The translations under genes and the position numbers were made by a program. The notes below the pieces were generated by a model, which was not told the DNA's origin, searched no databases, and saw only the letters and a program-made list of their open reading frames with translations. This document shows, piece after piece, positions 40,701 to 52,300 of a DNA stretch of 64,000 nucleotides; position 1 is the first letter of the stretch; the number at the start of each line of letters is the position of its first letter. Source of the stretch: Phoronis australis (taxonomy: Eukaryota > Animalia > Phoronida); contig NMRA01000366.1 in NCBI GenBank assembly GCA_002633005.1, positions 184,222 through 248,221 of the forward strand, given 5' to 3'.

Positions 40701-41994
40701 GGGATGGCTTAACTAGCTAATCAGAACGCAACATTCTAGGCACACCTTCGTTTCCAAGCCGCCATTTTACCCAACAAACAACACGTTGCTGGGTAAAACT
40801 TATTGTTTGCTTGGCGACATTTCGCAAGGGGTGGAGCTTACAATAGGTCGATTGAATGGCTAGGCTGTTACGTTGATTTATGGATGAAAACCCGTAATAT
40901 TCATTATTCAAGAAAATAATTCTTACCACTACTTACAGAGCCTCGCTGCCTCGATTTTGGGGATGAATATTTAAAAATCACACAAAATTCCCATCACCAG
41001 GCTCAAAAATTCCACACAAATGATAAAAAATAAAGGTTATTCACTTCTGCAAAACATTAGTTATGGCATCTTGAGCTACTGCTGATGAGGGGTGGCAGCT
41101 GGGGAGTGGATTTGGTCATGACGGAAATTTTCCCCTCAACCAAAAAGTTGCCCTCTCAAAAAGCACAGGCACCTTTCTCCTTAGGTAAGCAAGGGCGTTG
41201 ACTCAGCTATAAAAACATGTTCAAGATATTAATAAAAAGCATGGCATTAAGAAGTTTTTCACATATGAAGGGTATGAATTATTTTTTCACAAGCAATAAA
41301 TACGGAATGAGTTCTATAATTAGGCTACTGCACTTTAATGTATAAACACTTACTCTGAGCTGAACTTTGACACAGCCAGCCAAGGATGTACTTGTGAAGT
41401 TTATGTTGTAAAAGTCAATGCAAAGACTCAAGAAGGGCTTCAAATACGGAACGTTAAAGCATATAGGTGGAGGATTGCGAACTGAAACATAGAAAACGGC
41501 GCAAATTTACACGCTAGGCAGATTGGCAATATCTGTTGCTATCAAATTGAAACATTTACCATTCGCAGGTGTGTTACAGTACCTCAAAATTTAGAGAAAC
41601 TAAAATGACATTTGGGTAAGGTCACGCTAAGGGGTACAATCACAGTGATGTCAAAAACATGATAATTTATGCCCGTTTCTGTGGTTATTAAGCGGTGAAC
41701 ACAGTTTTATTATAAAGTTAATATGTTGAAGAGATAACAGAGATAATTTCATGTGGTAATCTTTTAGACTTTTTACAGAATTCACAGTTTGATCTCAAAA
41801 ACGAGCAAATTTTCGCACTTGAAAGTGTGACATTCGTAACCGGCCATTTTCGAACGAAGTTAAAATCCTTAAATAAGGCTGAAATTCTTGTCTGTTTATT
41901 TTAAATCTTTAAAGCAGTGAATAAAATAGCTAATATTTATTTCAGATCTTTCCATTACACAGTATAATTAGCCAAATTAATTACTTACAAATGC

Positions 41995-44705
41995 GATAAC
42001 GGGCGTGACGCATTCCGTCAAACCCAAGGACGAACTTCAGACGGATGTTTTCCCATATTGCAGACGACCTGTGATTTCAAACTGGTTCTCAAAAGCAAAT
42101 TTAAGCAAAACCTGAAATGCCAGGACCAGTTTGTTCGAAGCGCGCAATGATTTTGTTTAACAAATGCTTCGTTTAAAAGCACCTCTGTGAATTCCGTCAA
42201 GCAATCACGACCGTTATCGCCTTCTAAAATTGAACATCTTTCGAAGTATACAACTTCACTAAGCCAGACAACAGATACATTTTGTCTGTCAGCACGTGCG
42301 ATCTATTTTGAGCTGTCAATTTTTAGTGCTGGATGTAAACAAAAGCCCTGAACCACGAGGTTAGTGAATTCCGTCAAACAATTTGGCACGTCACGACCGT
42401 TATCGAAAGCCAGGCCCCAACATTTGATCGGCAAATTATGTAGATATAATTGATTGTTTATATCGTCAAATTCAAGACACATGAATCACGGTAAAACACG
42501 TGTAAGTAGGCAAGTGTTATTTTCGTTTTCAAGCGTGCGCGACTACAAAACGAGGACGAACTGATAACGGCCGTGACGTTGGACAACATTGCCGCGTAAA
42601 ATCGTGCGTCAAAAGTCACGACCGTTATTGAGTATAATGGCAATCGTCACGACCTCAATATCTGTAAAAATGCTGTTGAAAATCGTCACGTGTGTGTTAT
42701 AACTTGTATTTTTGACGGAGTCATTTCGTAAATCCGCAATGCCGTGATTTTGCGTTAAAAATAGTTCCGATATATGTGCCATGGTTTTCGTTATAACGGT
42801 CGTGATTTGGACGTAATACCCACGAAGCACGAAAACTTCGGTCGCTAATAGTCACCCTCAACTCCTGCTGACTACTTACAGTTGACGAATTGAAAGAAAA
42901 ACCGCAGATCTAGCAATGGGTGGTCCACTGCTAATCAGCACTATGTCTATACCACAAAGTGAGGCTTCCAGACCTTTGTGAAATCGGTACTTTTGGCCAA
43001 TATAAGGGGGTGTGTGACCAGGGGGTAGCCCAGTGGGTGGTGTCGACTGTTGGAATTAAAAACACCCGGGGGGTGGGGTGACGGGGGTAGACATACTGTG
43101 AGCCATCTAGACCAGGGATCAGTGGCGATGGGGGGGGGGGGCTGGACATTCCCATCCAGGGATCAGCGGCGAGGGGGGATGTGGGGAAGGGAAAGTTGGT
43201 TGAACTTGGTGACAAAACAATGAACTAATTTATGCTCAATCACCCTTCTTCAAACAGGCAGACACGGACACCTTTCTCAGACAAGTGAGAGCCTTTGATA
43301 CCTGATTTTTTCAAAATTTCCATCCCGCTCAGGTGTTACTGAGTCGTTATCCATTACTTACGCAGTGGTGATGCCAACACTTCAAAATAACACAATTTTT
43401 AATTTGTTTCTCTGAGTTTTTATTTAACTCACTTTGATGTTGGTTTTTATATTGTAAATGCCTCTTGAAGACCTGATTCGTGAAAAGTAACTAGTGTTCA
43501 GTACACAAACAGAGAAGTTGAAATTTTTTCTTAAAAGTAGCAATAGTTCCCCCATCCCCTTAATATGGTATTGAACAACAGTTAAAACTCGTCAGTGGGC
43601 TTTTTGCTCTGTCAGCAATGAATCGTGACACTACAATGTTGTGTCAGTATAATTCTCCTCTACTTTTTTATAAAATGAAACTTAAAGCATGCAGTGGGGC
43701 AAATACCAATGAAGGCGGACATTTAAGAGTTGCCTTAAACATGAGAAAGTACCTGAACTTTTGAAGGTGGATAAAGAAAGACATGAAAAAAGGATGCATT
43801 TTAAAAGCAATTTTGTATTACAAAATATAAAATTTAATCAGTGAGATATGGACAGTGATCTTCATATAATCACTTTTTGTTTCCCCATGGATACTTGATG
43901 GAAGAACGGATTTGTTCCTCCGAGTGACATTAGTCTGAAAAAAGAAAAGGACAGTTACAAAGAGCACAGCAGTTAATAAGAATCAGGATAGTTTATACTC
44001 TTCAATCCAGTTCCATTCAAAAGATGCACCACTGAAGAATTTTGCTTCGATGCATCATATTATTCATCATTGCCGAAAAAAGACCGAGAAAAAGGATGAC
44101 ATTGAGGAAAGCGATTTTGCTGCAGTTAAACTTCAAGCAAGGAAGATTAGACTACTATATACATTGTCATTGCTGTGGCAATCAACATTACCATAAAATT
44201 AGTATAATTTTTGTAACCATTAATGATGAAAGCTAGTGCCTGTTTACTTGGAGTTGATGATGAGATTCTCCTTATGATCATGATTAAATGTGGTGAAAAT
44301 GAGCTACAGACCAACAGCAAGAATACCTGAGCTACTGAATGGAAGACAACAAATAAACTTCAAGGACCTCTCCCAAGGTGCCAGGAAACTGAAATCACCA
44401 ATTTATTTTAAATGAAAATGTTGGACAATATAACATTCTACTCATACTATTGTGTAACTGACATGGTTAACTGGCTTTGTCAACCATCACAGCCGTTATC
44501 ACAGATATGTCAAAATGTCCAGTCACAACCGTTATCATTTTGTCTTTTATTTCCCCACACCAGGTGATGTTTTGTGTTGTACTTAGTGTTTTTAGAAAGT
44601 TAAAGGTGTTATTATTGTGCATTGCACATGGCTTACGAGACAGAACAGTTTCGATGACAATTAAATAAACTTAAAATGTCCACTTTGGGCATCACAGCCG
44701 TTATC
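41995..44705. repeat. Dispersed ~13-bp motif (TCACRRCCGTTATC) in both orientations, at least 9 copies
   Basis: Copies near 41995, 42205, 42391, 42563, 42616, 42793, 44487, 44523 and 44692; probably subterminal repeats of decayed DNA transposon(s). Confidence 0.6.
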
Positions 44706-45994
44706 ATACTCTGCATTGATATTTTTTAATTTTTGTAGTATATATTGATATATTCATTGATAAAATCCAGAACTACTGTATGTGAACTATCTTAATTCTG
44801 TATAATTTNCATTTGGAGAGCTGCAGGTCATCCATGGTATCTTAGATTGGGTTTGGTGACCACTGTGAGTATCAAAAGTCAGACAATAATTCCCTCTAAA
44901 TTCGTTGCATTAGGTTTGTGTTGATTTCCAAACTTTAAATTACTAATAGTTTTAATAGATTTATCACCTTTGATTACAATTATTCCATTTATTTCGCGAA
45001 TTCGGAGCATTTCCCACCATGTTAAAATTAATACAGGAAGAAAAGACAAAAGCCGGAATTATTCGGCAAAAATGTGGCAATATTCGCACTACCATGCGGT
45101 CATCTGTGTTCCATGCCTCATTCGTCAGTCGTCGATCAGAGGACTAATAACGGAGATAGTGGATTAAGAAATGAATGTACGTAGATTTATCGGCAAAAGT
45201 TGGAAGGGAATGGGTCGTCCGACGTTTTTTTTTTTGGTCGACGAACGTTTATGTCAAGTAGGGATTTCAGAATTTAGCGCGGGAAATTTTCTTTAGTTTT
45301 GGCGACCTCAGACTTCGTTTGGCGACTTCAGATTTTGTTCAGGTCGCCAAATTCTAAGCGTCGAGCGCTGATAAACATTAAGAAATAAAAGCTTCATTTC
45401 AACCTTCAGAGGTTACCAACACAGGAGGTTTCCAAGAGGTATGAGTAAGGCAAGGCTGGATTTGTCATGTCAACATTTCCCAAACAGAACTTGCCATTTA
45501 CGGGTTGAATTCCCCATAAAAGATTCATTCCAATTCTACAGATGACATGACATGTTCTACATAACATACCACAGACTGATAGTGAGCCCCATGGTGTATG
45601 TCCACGAAATGACATAATTTAACCTTTCAACTAGCCCACATACATAAACCGCAGTGTAACTTTGGAAACAGAGGGCATACAAATGAAACTTGATGTAGAA
45701 TAATAATTATGTGCAGTTACGGGAGGTTATGGAACAAATGGTGGCGCTAGTTTATGGTATCAATGGCATCGCTGGATTTATCTTTAGACAAGCTAAAACA
45801 CGCAGAAAAAAGATACTGTTCCAAAAATTGTTTATTCGTTGAACCTCATTCACATCATTCGTTTTGGGAAAAAGGAAAAATTGCAGATTTTTAATAAAAA
45901 CGCTGGAAGTAGGCCTATGGAACCTTTGGCTTGGGTAGCAAAATTATAGAATTTTCAGCTGACCATTTGAATGTCTTTTATCAACTTCAACTNT

Positions 45995-46240
45995 GACAAA
46001 AATCTCAGCTCGCATTTCCAAATTTCAGGTCGCAAATGCGACCTGCAGCTCGTTATGTCGAGCCCTGATAGTTGCTTTATATTTGCCAGGTAGCTGCCGA
46101 GAAGTGTAAAAACTCAGCTCGCATTCGTTGGAAATTCCAGGTCGCATTTTGCGACTTGATACGAGCTGACAAAAATCTCAGCTAGCATTTCCAAATTTCA
46201 GGTCACAAATGCGACCTGCAGCTCGTTATGTCGAGCCCTG
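45995..46240 (-). mobile_element. Two tandem copies of a hAT-like terminus (~73 bp each)
   Basis: gacaaaaatctcagct.gcatttccaaatttcaggtc.caaatgcgacctgcagctcgttatgtcgagccctg at 45995-46067 and 46168-46240 (rc CAGGGCTCGACATAACGAG...). Related ends at ~6912 (tcgagcactg) and ~45370 (tcgagcgctg). Confidence 0.6.
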
Positions 46241-47383
46241 CACAGGCACTGCCACAGCTGACTAGTCAGGAGACGGTGACGGTGTTGCTCGTATAGGAAC
46301 TTCATACGCCAGAACCATTTCTGCAAATTATGCCTCACACTGACTAAAACATCATAGTCACATTGTTCTAGATACCTTTTGCGCATAGAGAGACTCTTAG
46401 GCTTAGCCCAGGGCTAGGATGGCGTCGGGATGTATTTAATTCCTTCCTTCCAGAAATACACCCGTTATCAAGCTTTCTTCGAGCAGTCCCTCGCTCAGTT
46501 CCCAAAATCGGTAACTTGCGATTTTTACACTGCACACACCAGGGGATATGGCGTCATACAACCTACTGCATGCAGCGTTAAAAATAGGGAGAACAGCATT
46601 TTTTAAAGGTTTTAGAAAATGTGCAAATACATCACGAGAAAGCTCTCCATGAGACTAAGAGTAGAGAATGGTGCAAAAAAGTTTTAAATTGGACATGCGG
46701 TTCTGGTGACTGTCNTTTATGATAAATAATTTGCAAAAAATTATTTCGATTGGAAATTCCTAGGCGAAGATATTGACCTTAAAGTCCCCAAAACGAACAA
46801 CGAAAAGTCAATTCATACAATTTTGCCATTTCAAATTGGCATAAAATAGCAACAACTCAAGAGGAAAAACAAATAAGTTATCATTTTAAAAAAATTTCAT
46901 TGGGAAAGTTGAAATCTGATAATTGCTTGGAAAAATTATTGAGTATTATTTTGTGATTTTTTGTTATCATGCTGTTTTTGCGGCTGACGTAACTGAGACA
47001 AAATCTATTACATTAAATAAAAGTTAAAACAGTCATAATTTCAAAAATGTATTGATGACAAGTATGATGAATAGAACATTTTAACAGAAGCTACTGGTAA
47101 TTCTGATGGCATAATACATCGAATTTAAACATAAACTTTCCACAACAATGCACTATAAAAACGAAGACCTCGTCTTGAGCCATCCAGGAAAGTTCATGCT
47201 ATGCAAATGACAACTGCAGTATTTATTTCCTGAAGTTGTCTTTAGTGACATGAAGAGAAAAAGGAATGTATGGAATGTATGATGGACAGATAAATAAAGC
47301 TCTAAAGGCATCCTGACGGAATGACGGCCAAACCCTTTCACTGACTATCGTAAGTCAGTGGAGTACATGTACACAAGATGGAG

Positions 47384-47494
47384 TTACTCCAGCACTTTGA
47401 GGTCCCCTTGACCAAAGTCGTCCTTCAGCCGAAAGGTGTAGACGGTCTCATCTTTGACGTAGTGGTTATCGAACCAAGATGGATATCCAGGGAC
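47384..47494 (-). pseudogene. Terminal exon of Spin/Ssty (spindlin Tudor-like) domain
   Basis: Acceptor ttctttcag|, 111 bp: VPGYPSWFDNHYVKDETVYTFRLKDDFGQGDLKVLE*. Parallels spindlin repeat 2 ([35 protein letters not shown]). Confidence 0.75.
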
Positions 47495-47763
47495 CTGAAA
47501 GAATACTATGATTTATAATTGATTTGTTGTTACGATGTATAGGCATTATTTAAAGTATTATGTGAAAATGTTACCACTACTTGGAAATTATGTAAAACAT
47601 TTCAACAAACAAAGCTGACATAATGCTATTAAACGTAAAGGCCGTGAAACAAAAAAAGAAATAGCTAGGTGTTTTTTGTCAGTATACGAAAATCAAGAGC
47701 ATGTTGCTCTTTAGATGCTGCAATTTTATAAATAATCACTACCACAGCTTGTTACTTACTAAC

Positions 47764-47871
47764 CTGAGAAATTATAAAGCCACAATTCCCAACCTGATCA
47801 TCACATTCAGCAAACTTGTGATGAACATTCTTGCCAACTAGGAAGTTCGATATTGTTGGCTGGACTGCTGA
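47764..47871 (-). pseudogene. Penultimate exon of Spin/Ssty domain
   Basis: Pyrimidine tract + acttgcag|, 108 bp: SAVQPTISNFLVGKNVHHKFAECDDQVGNCGFIISQ, donor |gttagt. Phase-0 join to exon 47494; parallels spindlin MIGKAVEHMF...WRGMVL. Confidence 0.72.
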
Positions 47872-48271
47872 CTGCAAGTAGAATCAGTAGAAGCAGGAAA
47901 GAAGAGCCATCTGGACCAAGAGCTACAAGCAGTGTCTGATGAGACAGAAATGTTAGACACGATGTTGATAGTAAACTGATAAATAAGAGTGAAATTATCA
48001 GAACAGCAATAAAGAAGAAAATAACAATTGGTTTGGTCCACAACCGCTTTCAACAAAGGTTACCTGGAAGATATAGGCCTGGGTGAGATGTATGAACAAG
48101 CTAGACAAACCTCAATTGTTTTGTTAACTACTTCGTCAAAAATAAGTTTATCAAAAGCATATAGCCATAAGTTTTCATGGACGTGGAACACATGTTTTGA
48201 TTCATAACACAGGACTGGAATAGAACTGTACAGTTGTTATATTTGTTTACTCTAAATTTAAAATGTTTTCA

Positions 48272-49362
48272 TTTTTATGCGCCCACATATTTATATGTGG
48301 ACGCATTATGCCGTCATCTCTGTCCGTCCGTCCGGGCGGCGTCCGTCCGGCGTCCGCTGCTCTATCTCCAAAACCCTTTGACATACGTTCATGAAATTTG
48401 GCACAAATGTTCCATTCATGAATGGGACGGCATGTGCGAACTTTCAGACGTACCCGACTACCGGTGTGCCCCCTAGTGGCAATTTTAGTTTTTTACGCTT
48501 ACCTTTGTATCTTCAAAAGTCCTGAACGGATTTTCATGAAATTTGGTATGTAGGCATCTATTAGTGAGATGACGCTATCCTGCCGTTTTCAGATGGATTC
48601 GACATAGTTTGCGCCACCTAGTGGCCATTTTTACTGTTTTCGAGTCTGTATTTTTGCGTCCACCCCTCTATCAACCAAACCGCTCAAAGGATGATTGTGA
48701 AAATTGGCGTGTATGTGCTTAGTATAAGGAAGACAGCTGACAATGATTTTTAGACGATTTGGACTACTGTGGCGCCTCCTAGTGGCAGTTTTGTTTTTTT
48801 TTTCGCCGATGGCTGTATCTCCCAAACCGTTTGCAGGATCTTAATTACTAAATTGAGCAAGTGTATTTATGTGATGTTGGCAATGGACGATGACGACTTT
48901 AGGATTATTCTGACTACCGGTATGCCTCTAGTGGCAATTTTAGTATTTGCCTCTAGTGGCAATTTTAGTATTTTACATTGACCTCTGTATTTTCATAGGT
49001 CTTCAGGTGTATACTTTGTGTTACTTTGTGACTATGAAGGAAAAGTTCCAAGTGGAAATTTGTTTCAGGCATTCTAATGCTGTGCTAATCTCGTATGTTT
49101 GTTGGTAAATTTGTTTTTAATTCAATGTTTCTGTGGTGCTTTAAGCAACTGGTGTATTGGATGTGCTTGTATTATGAAGATTACTCACATTTTGCCCCTA
49201 GCCTATTGAGGAGACAATGACCATGCCTTTCCATTTTGTTAAGTACAACATACTACATATATGCCCTCTACTGGCCACTTTATGGTACCAAAAAACAACC
49301 CTAGAAGGATACCGTATGCGGTGCAATTGTGGGCGCATTTCAACGCTGTGCGTTGCTCTTGT
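48272..49362 (+). mobile_element. Helentron-associated non-autonomous element (HINE/DINE-like), full-length copy nested in the long-TIR element
   Basis: 5' TTTTT + subTIR ATGCGCCCAC with adjacent inverted copy (gtggacgcat); (GTCC)n microsatellite; ~150-bp internal tandem units; 3' subTIR GTGGGCGCAT, hairpin CAACGC-tgt-GCGTTG, end CTCTTGT. Near-identical copy at 59166-60273. Confidence 0.85.
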
Positions 49363-51432
49363 CTATCTTGACATATGCTAGTTAAACTGTCTTGGCCACA
49401 GGCAAAGTAGAGGGTGTGGCCCTGTCTGGGAACAAGCCAACCCAGGTCTCAGACAGCTGGCCGTGTGAGGCAAAAATAGGAAAGAAAATACATTAAACAT
49501 GGGAATCCTTGTTCTCACAACGAGAAATTATTTTATAGTTCTATTTTACATTGAGTTTATATTGGGAAAATTTGAAGTGCTTCAGTGTGTGACCCAAACA
49601 GTCAACACGATTCGCAGAACCCTTAGCGGCAGTATCTGGAACTACAAAGTGGGTCAGAAATATGCCAAATTGTCAGAAATCGACGAAGAGCCTCTTTGCA
49701 ACAAGTGTTTGTAATAGTTCATTAATGCACTCTTCAGTGCGGAATACATTCATTATGTGCACAAATTAGGAAATATTATTAGCAATAAATTCACATCAAA
49801 GTTGAAGGAACAGGCGACTTTTTTGCAGAAAAGTGAAAACTACTTGATACGTAATCGTGTGCGCATGCATTTGTTCTTGACTATAGACACGAGTTTCACG
49901 TCAAAATTCAAGAATTTTGTCTTCTGAGTTGAAAATCAAATAGCTGTAATTTTGTTTTTGCCGCCTGCAATGTTGCTCAGAAATGTTGGTCACGTCAAAA
50001 AACTTGTGCAAAGTATTATTAAACAGATTTTGCAACAAAAAAGACTACCAGTTAAGTAAAACAACGTCTTATTTCATACTTTGGAATAACTTTTATTCAC
50101 ACTTGATGCATTTCTGAGTGATTTTTTTGCCAATTGTAATATGCAAAGTTTACACATTGACAGATATGCGATGTGATTCGTTAAAAATTGCTGTCATCGT
50201 TGTATTAAAAAAGGCGAGTTTCCGATTTTGGGAACTGAACAATGGACTGCTCGAAGGAAAAAGTTTGATAATGGGAGTATTTCGTAGAGTCGGAAGGCAT
50301 TGGATATATCGACGGCCTCCTAAGGTGTCCCCTTATGCGCAAAAGGTTTTCTAACAATGTGACTGATGTTTTAGTCAGTGTGAGGCATAATTCGCCAAAA
50401 AGCTTCCGTTGTTACTATAGGATCCACACCAGCTAGACAGTCTAGAGACGGTGGTCACAGTGTAACAGCTAGACAGACTAACCGCTAGACAGTGACCACC
50501 GTCTCTAGTCAGCTAGAGACGGTGGTCACAGTGTAACAGCTAGACAGACTAACAGCTAGACAGACTAACAGCTAGACAGTGACCATCGTCTCTACCTGGC
50601 CATTAGAGATGGTATAGGAGCCAAATAACACTGCGCACCGCAGGTAGTATGATGGCATATTCTCTGGCGAGCGCTGTGTAAAAATGGCAAGTTACCAATT
50701 TTGGGAACTGAACGAGGGACTGCTCGAAGAAAAAGTTTGATAACAGGAGTATTTTTTCGAGTTAGAATCAATTAAAGATATCAACAGCCTCCTAGGGTGT
50801 CTATCTATGCAGAAAAGGTATTTATATTTATAACAACGTGACTTTAATGTTTTAATCAGTGTGAGGCATAATTCAGTGAAAAGATTTTGGCATATGAAGT
50901 TCCTATTGGAGCTCCACTGTCTACTGAACCAGTTAGAGATGGCGGTCACTGTGTAGCATGCAGCTGGTGCCAGTACTGCCTATATAGACAGATTCCATTA
51001 CGGAAATTGCCGAATGCCTGGGGAGCGCCATATTGAGGTCACGCCATTAATGCCATGTCAGATAAACACTGGAGTGAGTAGTCTGTCTGTAAAGCAAACC
51101 ATCCCAGCTGCTGTGTCTGCTTGTGTTGTTTATTTGGAAGCAGATCAGCAGATTTGAAATCATTGATATTCCTGGTAAATGTTGATTTTTTTCATGCAAT
51201 ACATTTGACAGAAGAAATATTTGTAAATTACTAGATGTATACAATTACATAAATGTCAATAATAAAGTTAAAATTGTTGGACTGATATATAGAAAAATAA
51301 AACATTACCGTCTAACTGATAATATACCATATTTCAAGGAGGTTTGAAATTTTTGTTTGAATCTTTTCAGAAGTGTTTACAAGTATACAAATAGAGCTGT
51401 TCAACTTTCACCTCCACTAAAAATTGTTTAAA

Positions 51433-51906
51433 ATGCCCAGTGGTAGTAACTGTGCTGTAACAGGCTGTCACAACAACTGGGTGAAATTGAAACGTTGGGA
51501 GACAGAAATTTGTGATGAACACCATGGTCAAATGCACAAAGACTGTCCATGTTTAAAACCTTACAAGTTACACAGAATGCCATCAGGTAAACACAACAGT
51601 GAATTGAGACTACTGTGGCAAAAGTCCATTAACAGAGACAGATTACCAAAAAATGTCTTTGTTTGTTCCATTCATTTTGTGGATGGTGAGCCAACAGAAA
51701 GAAATCCAGTGCCTCAGCTAAACATGGGATATGCCAGAAAGGTAAAACCTGGTCGCAGGAAAGTTTTGAAGCTCACAAAATCAGCTACTACTGGTGAAGA
51801 TGATGATGCACACGTATCTAAAAACACCCACATGGTCGAACATGTTGCATCTGAGACCAGTGAGACACTGCCTGATACTGCGGACAATTCGGAAACCCCA
51901 TTCTAA
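51433..51906 (+). pseudogene. THAP-domain transposase N-terminus (truncated before DDE core)
   Basis: MPSGSNCAVTGCHNN...C..H......CPC..PYKLHRMP.......R.LW...INR......VFVCSIHFVDGEPTERNPVPQLNMGY is an intact C2CH THAP with insertion; the ORF runs into antisense ORF2 sequence and stops. Confidence 0.8.
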
Positions 51907-52300
51907 CAGAGTGTTCAATTTTCCACAAGTCAGCACCAATGTGACTGCATGTCTTTCCTAATCCGGCCATACATTTGCAAGTGCCAGACAATATTTCACC
52001 ACTATTCAATGCTTTTATGCAGACTGAGTTCCACTCATTATTGATGTTCTGAGATGGTCTGACATTTCACTTGATAACCACGGTGTCCTTGTCCAAATTA
52101 CGGTGTAAAATCTTATCAGCGCATCCACTCTGGGAGTAATTGAATGATTCTAGGCTTTTAAAGTTTTTCATCGACTGTCCATCAACTGCTTTTGATTCTA
52201 CCAAATAATTGTAAATGTCACCATACATAACATTTGGCCACTCAGGAATATAGTCTTTCCATGATGAAATGCCCTTAAATTCCAATGTTGTAGATGCCAT
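51895..52300 (-). pseudogene. SWIM zinc-finger accessory ORF (N-terminal part of YqaJ-type ORF2), one in-frame stop
   Basis: ORFs 52067..52300 and 51818..52009 are one frame split by TGA: WPNVMYGDIYNYLVES...MKNFKSLESFNY..SG...IK*NVRPSQ...GEILSGTCKCMAGLGKTCSHIGADLWKIEHSVRMG (CxC-x7-CxH). Confidence 0.75.

Larger units (their letters stand above)
46241..50978. mobile_element. Long-TIR DNA transposon relic carrying a spliced Spin/Ssty-domain gene fragment
   Basis: 46241-~46540 is the diverged reverse complement of ~50670-50978. Shared blocks: ttttgggaactga.cgagggactgctcgaagaaa; tgtttta.tcagtgtgaggcataatt; tatgaagttcctat; terminal cagctg. A further direct copy of the right-hand block lies at ~50205-50400. 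TSD not resolved, so termini are approximate. Confidence 0.7.

Noticed and set aside
43005-43195. G-rich tract with G-quadruplex potential
   Set aside because: G runs are real, but there is no linked promoter or other evidence of function; such tracts are common in MITE relics.
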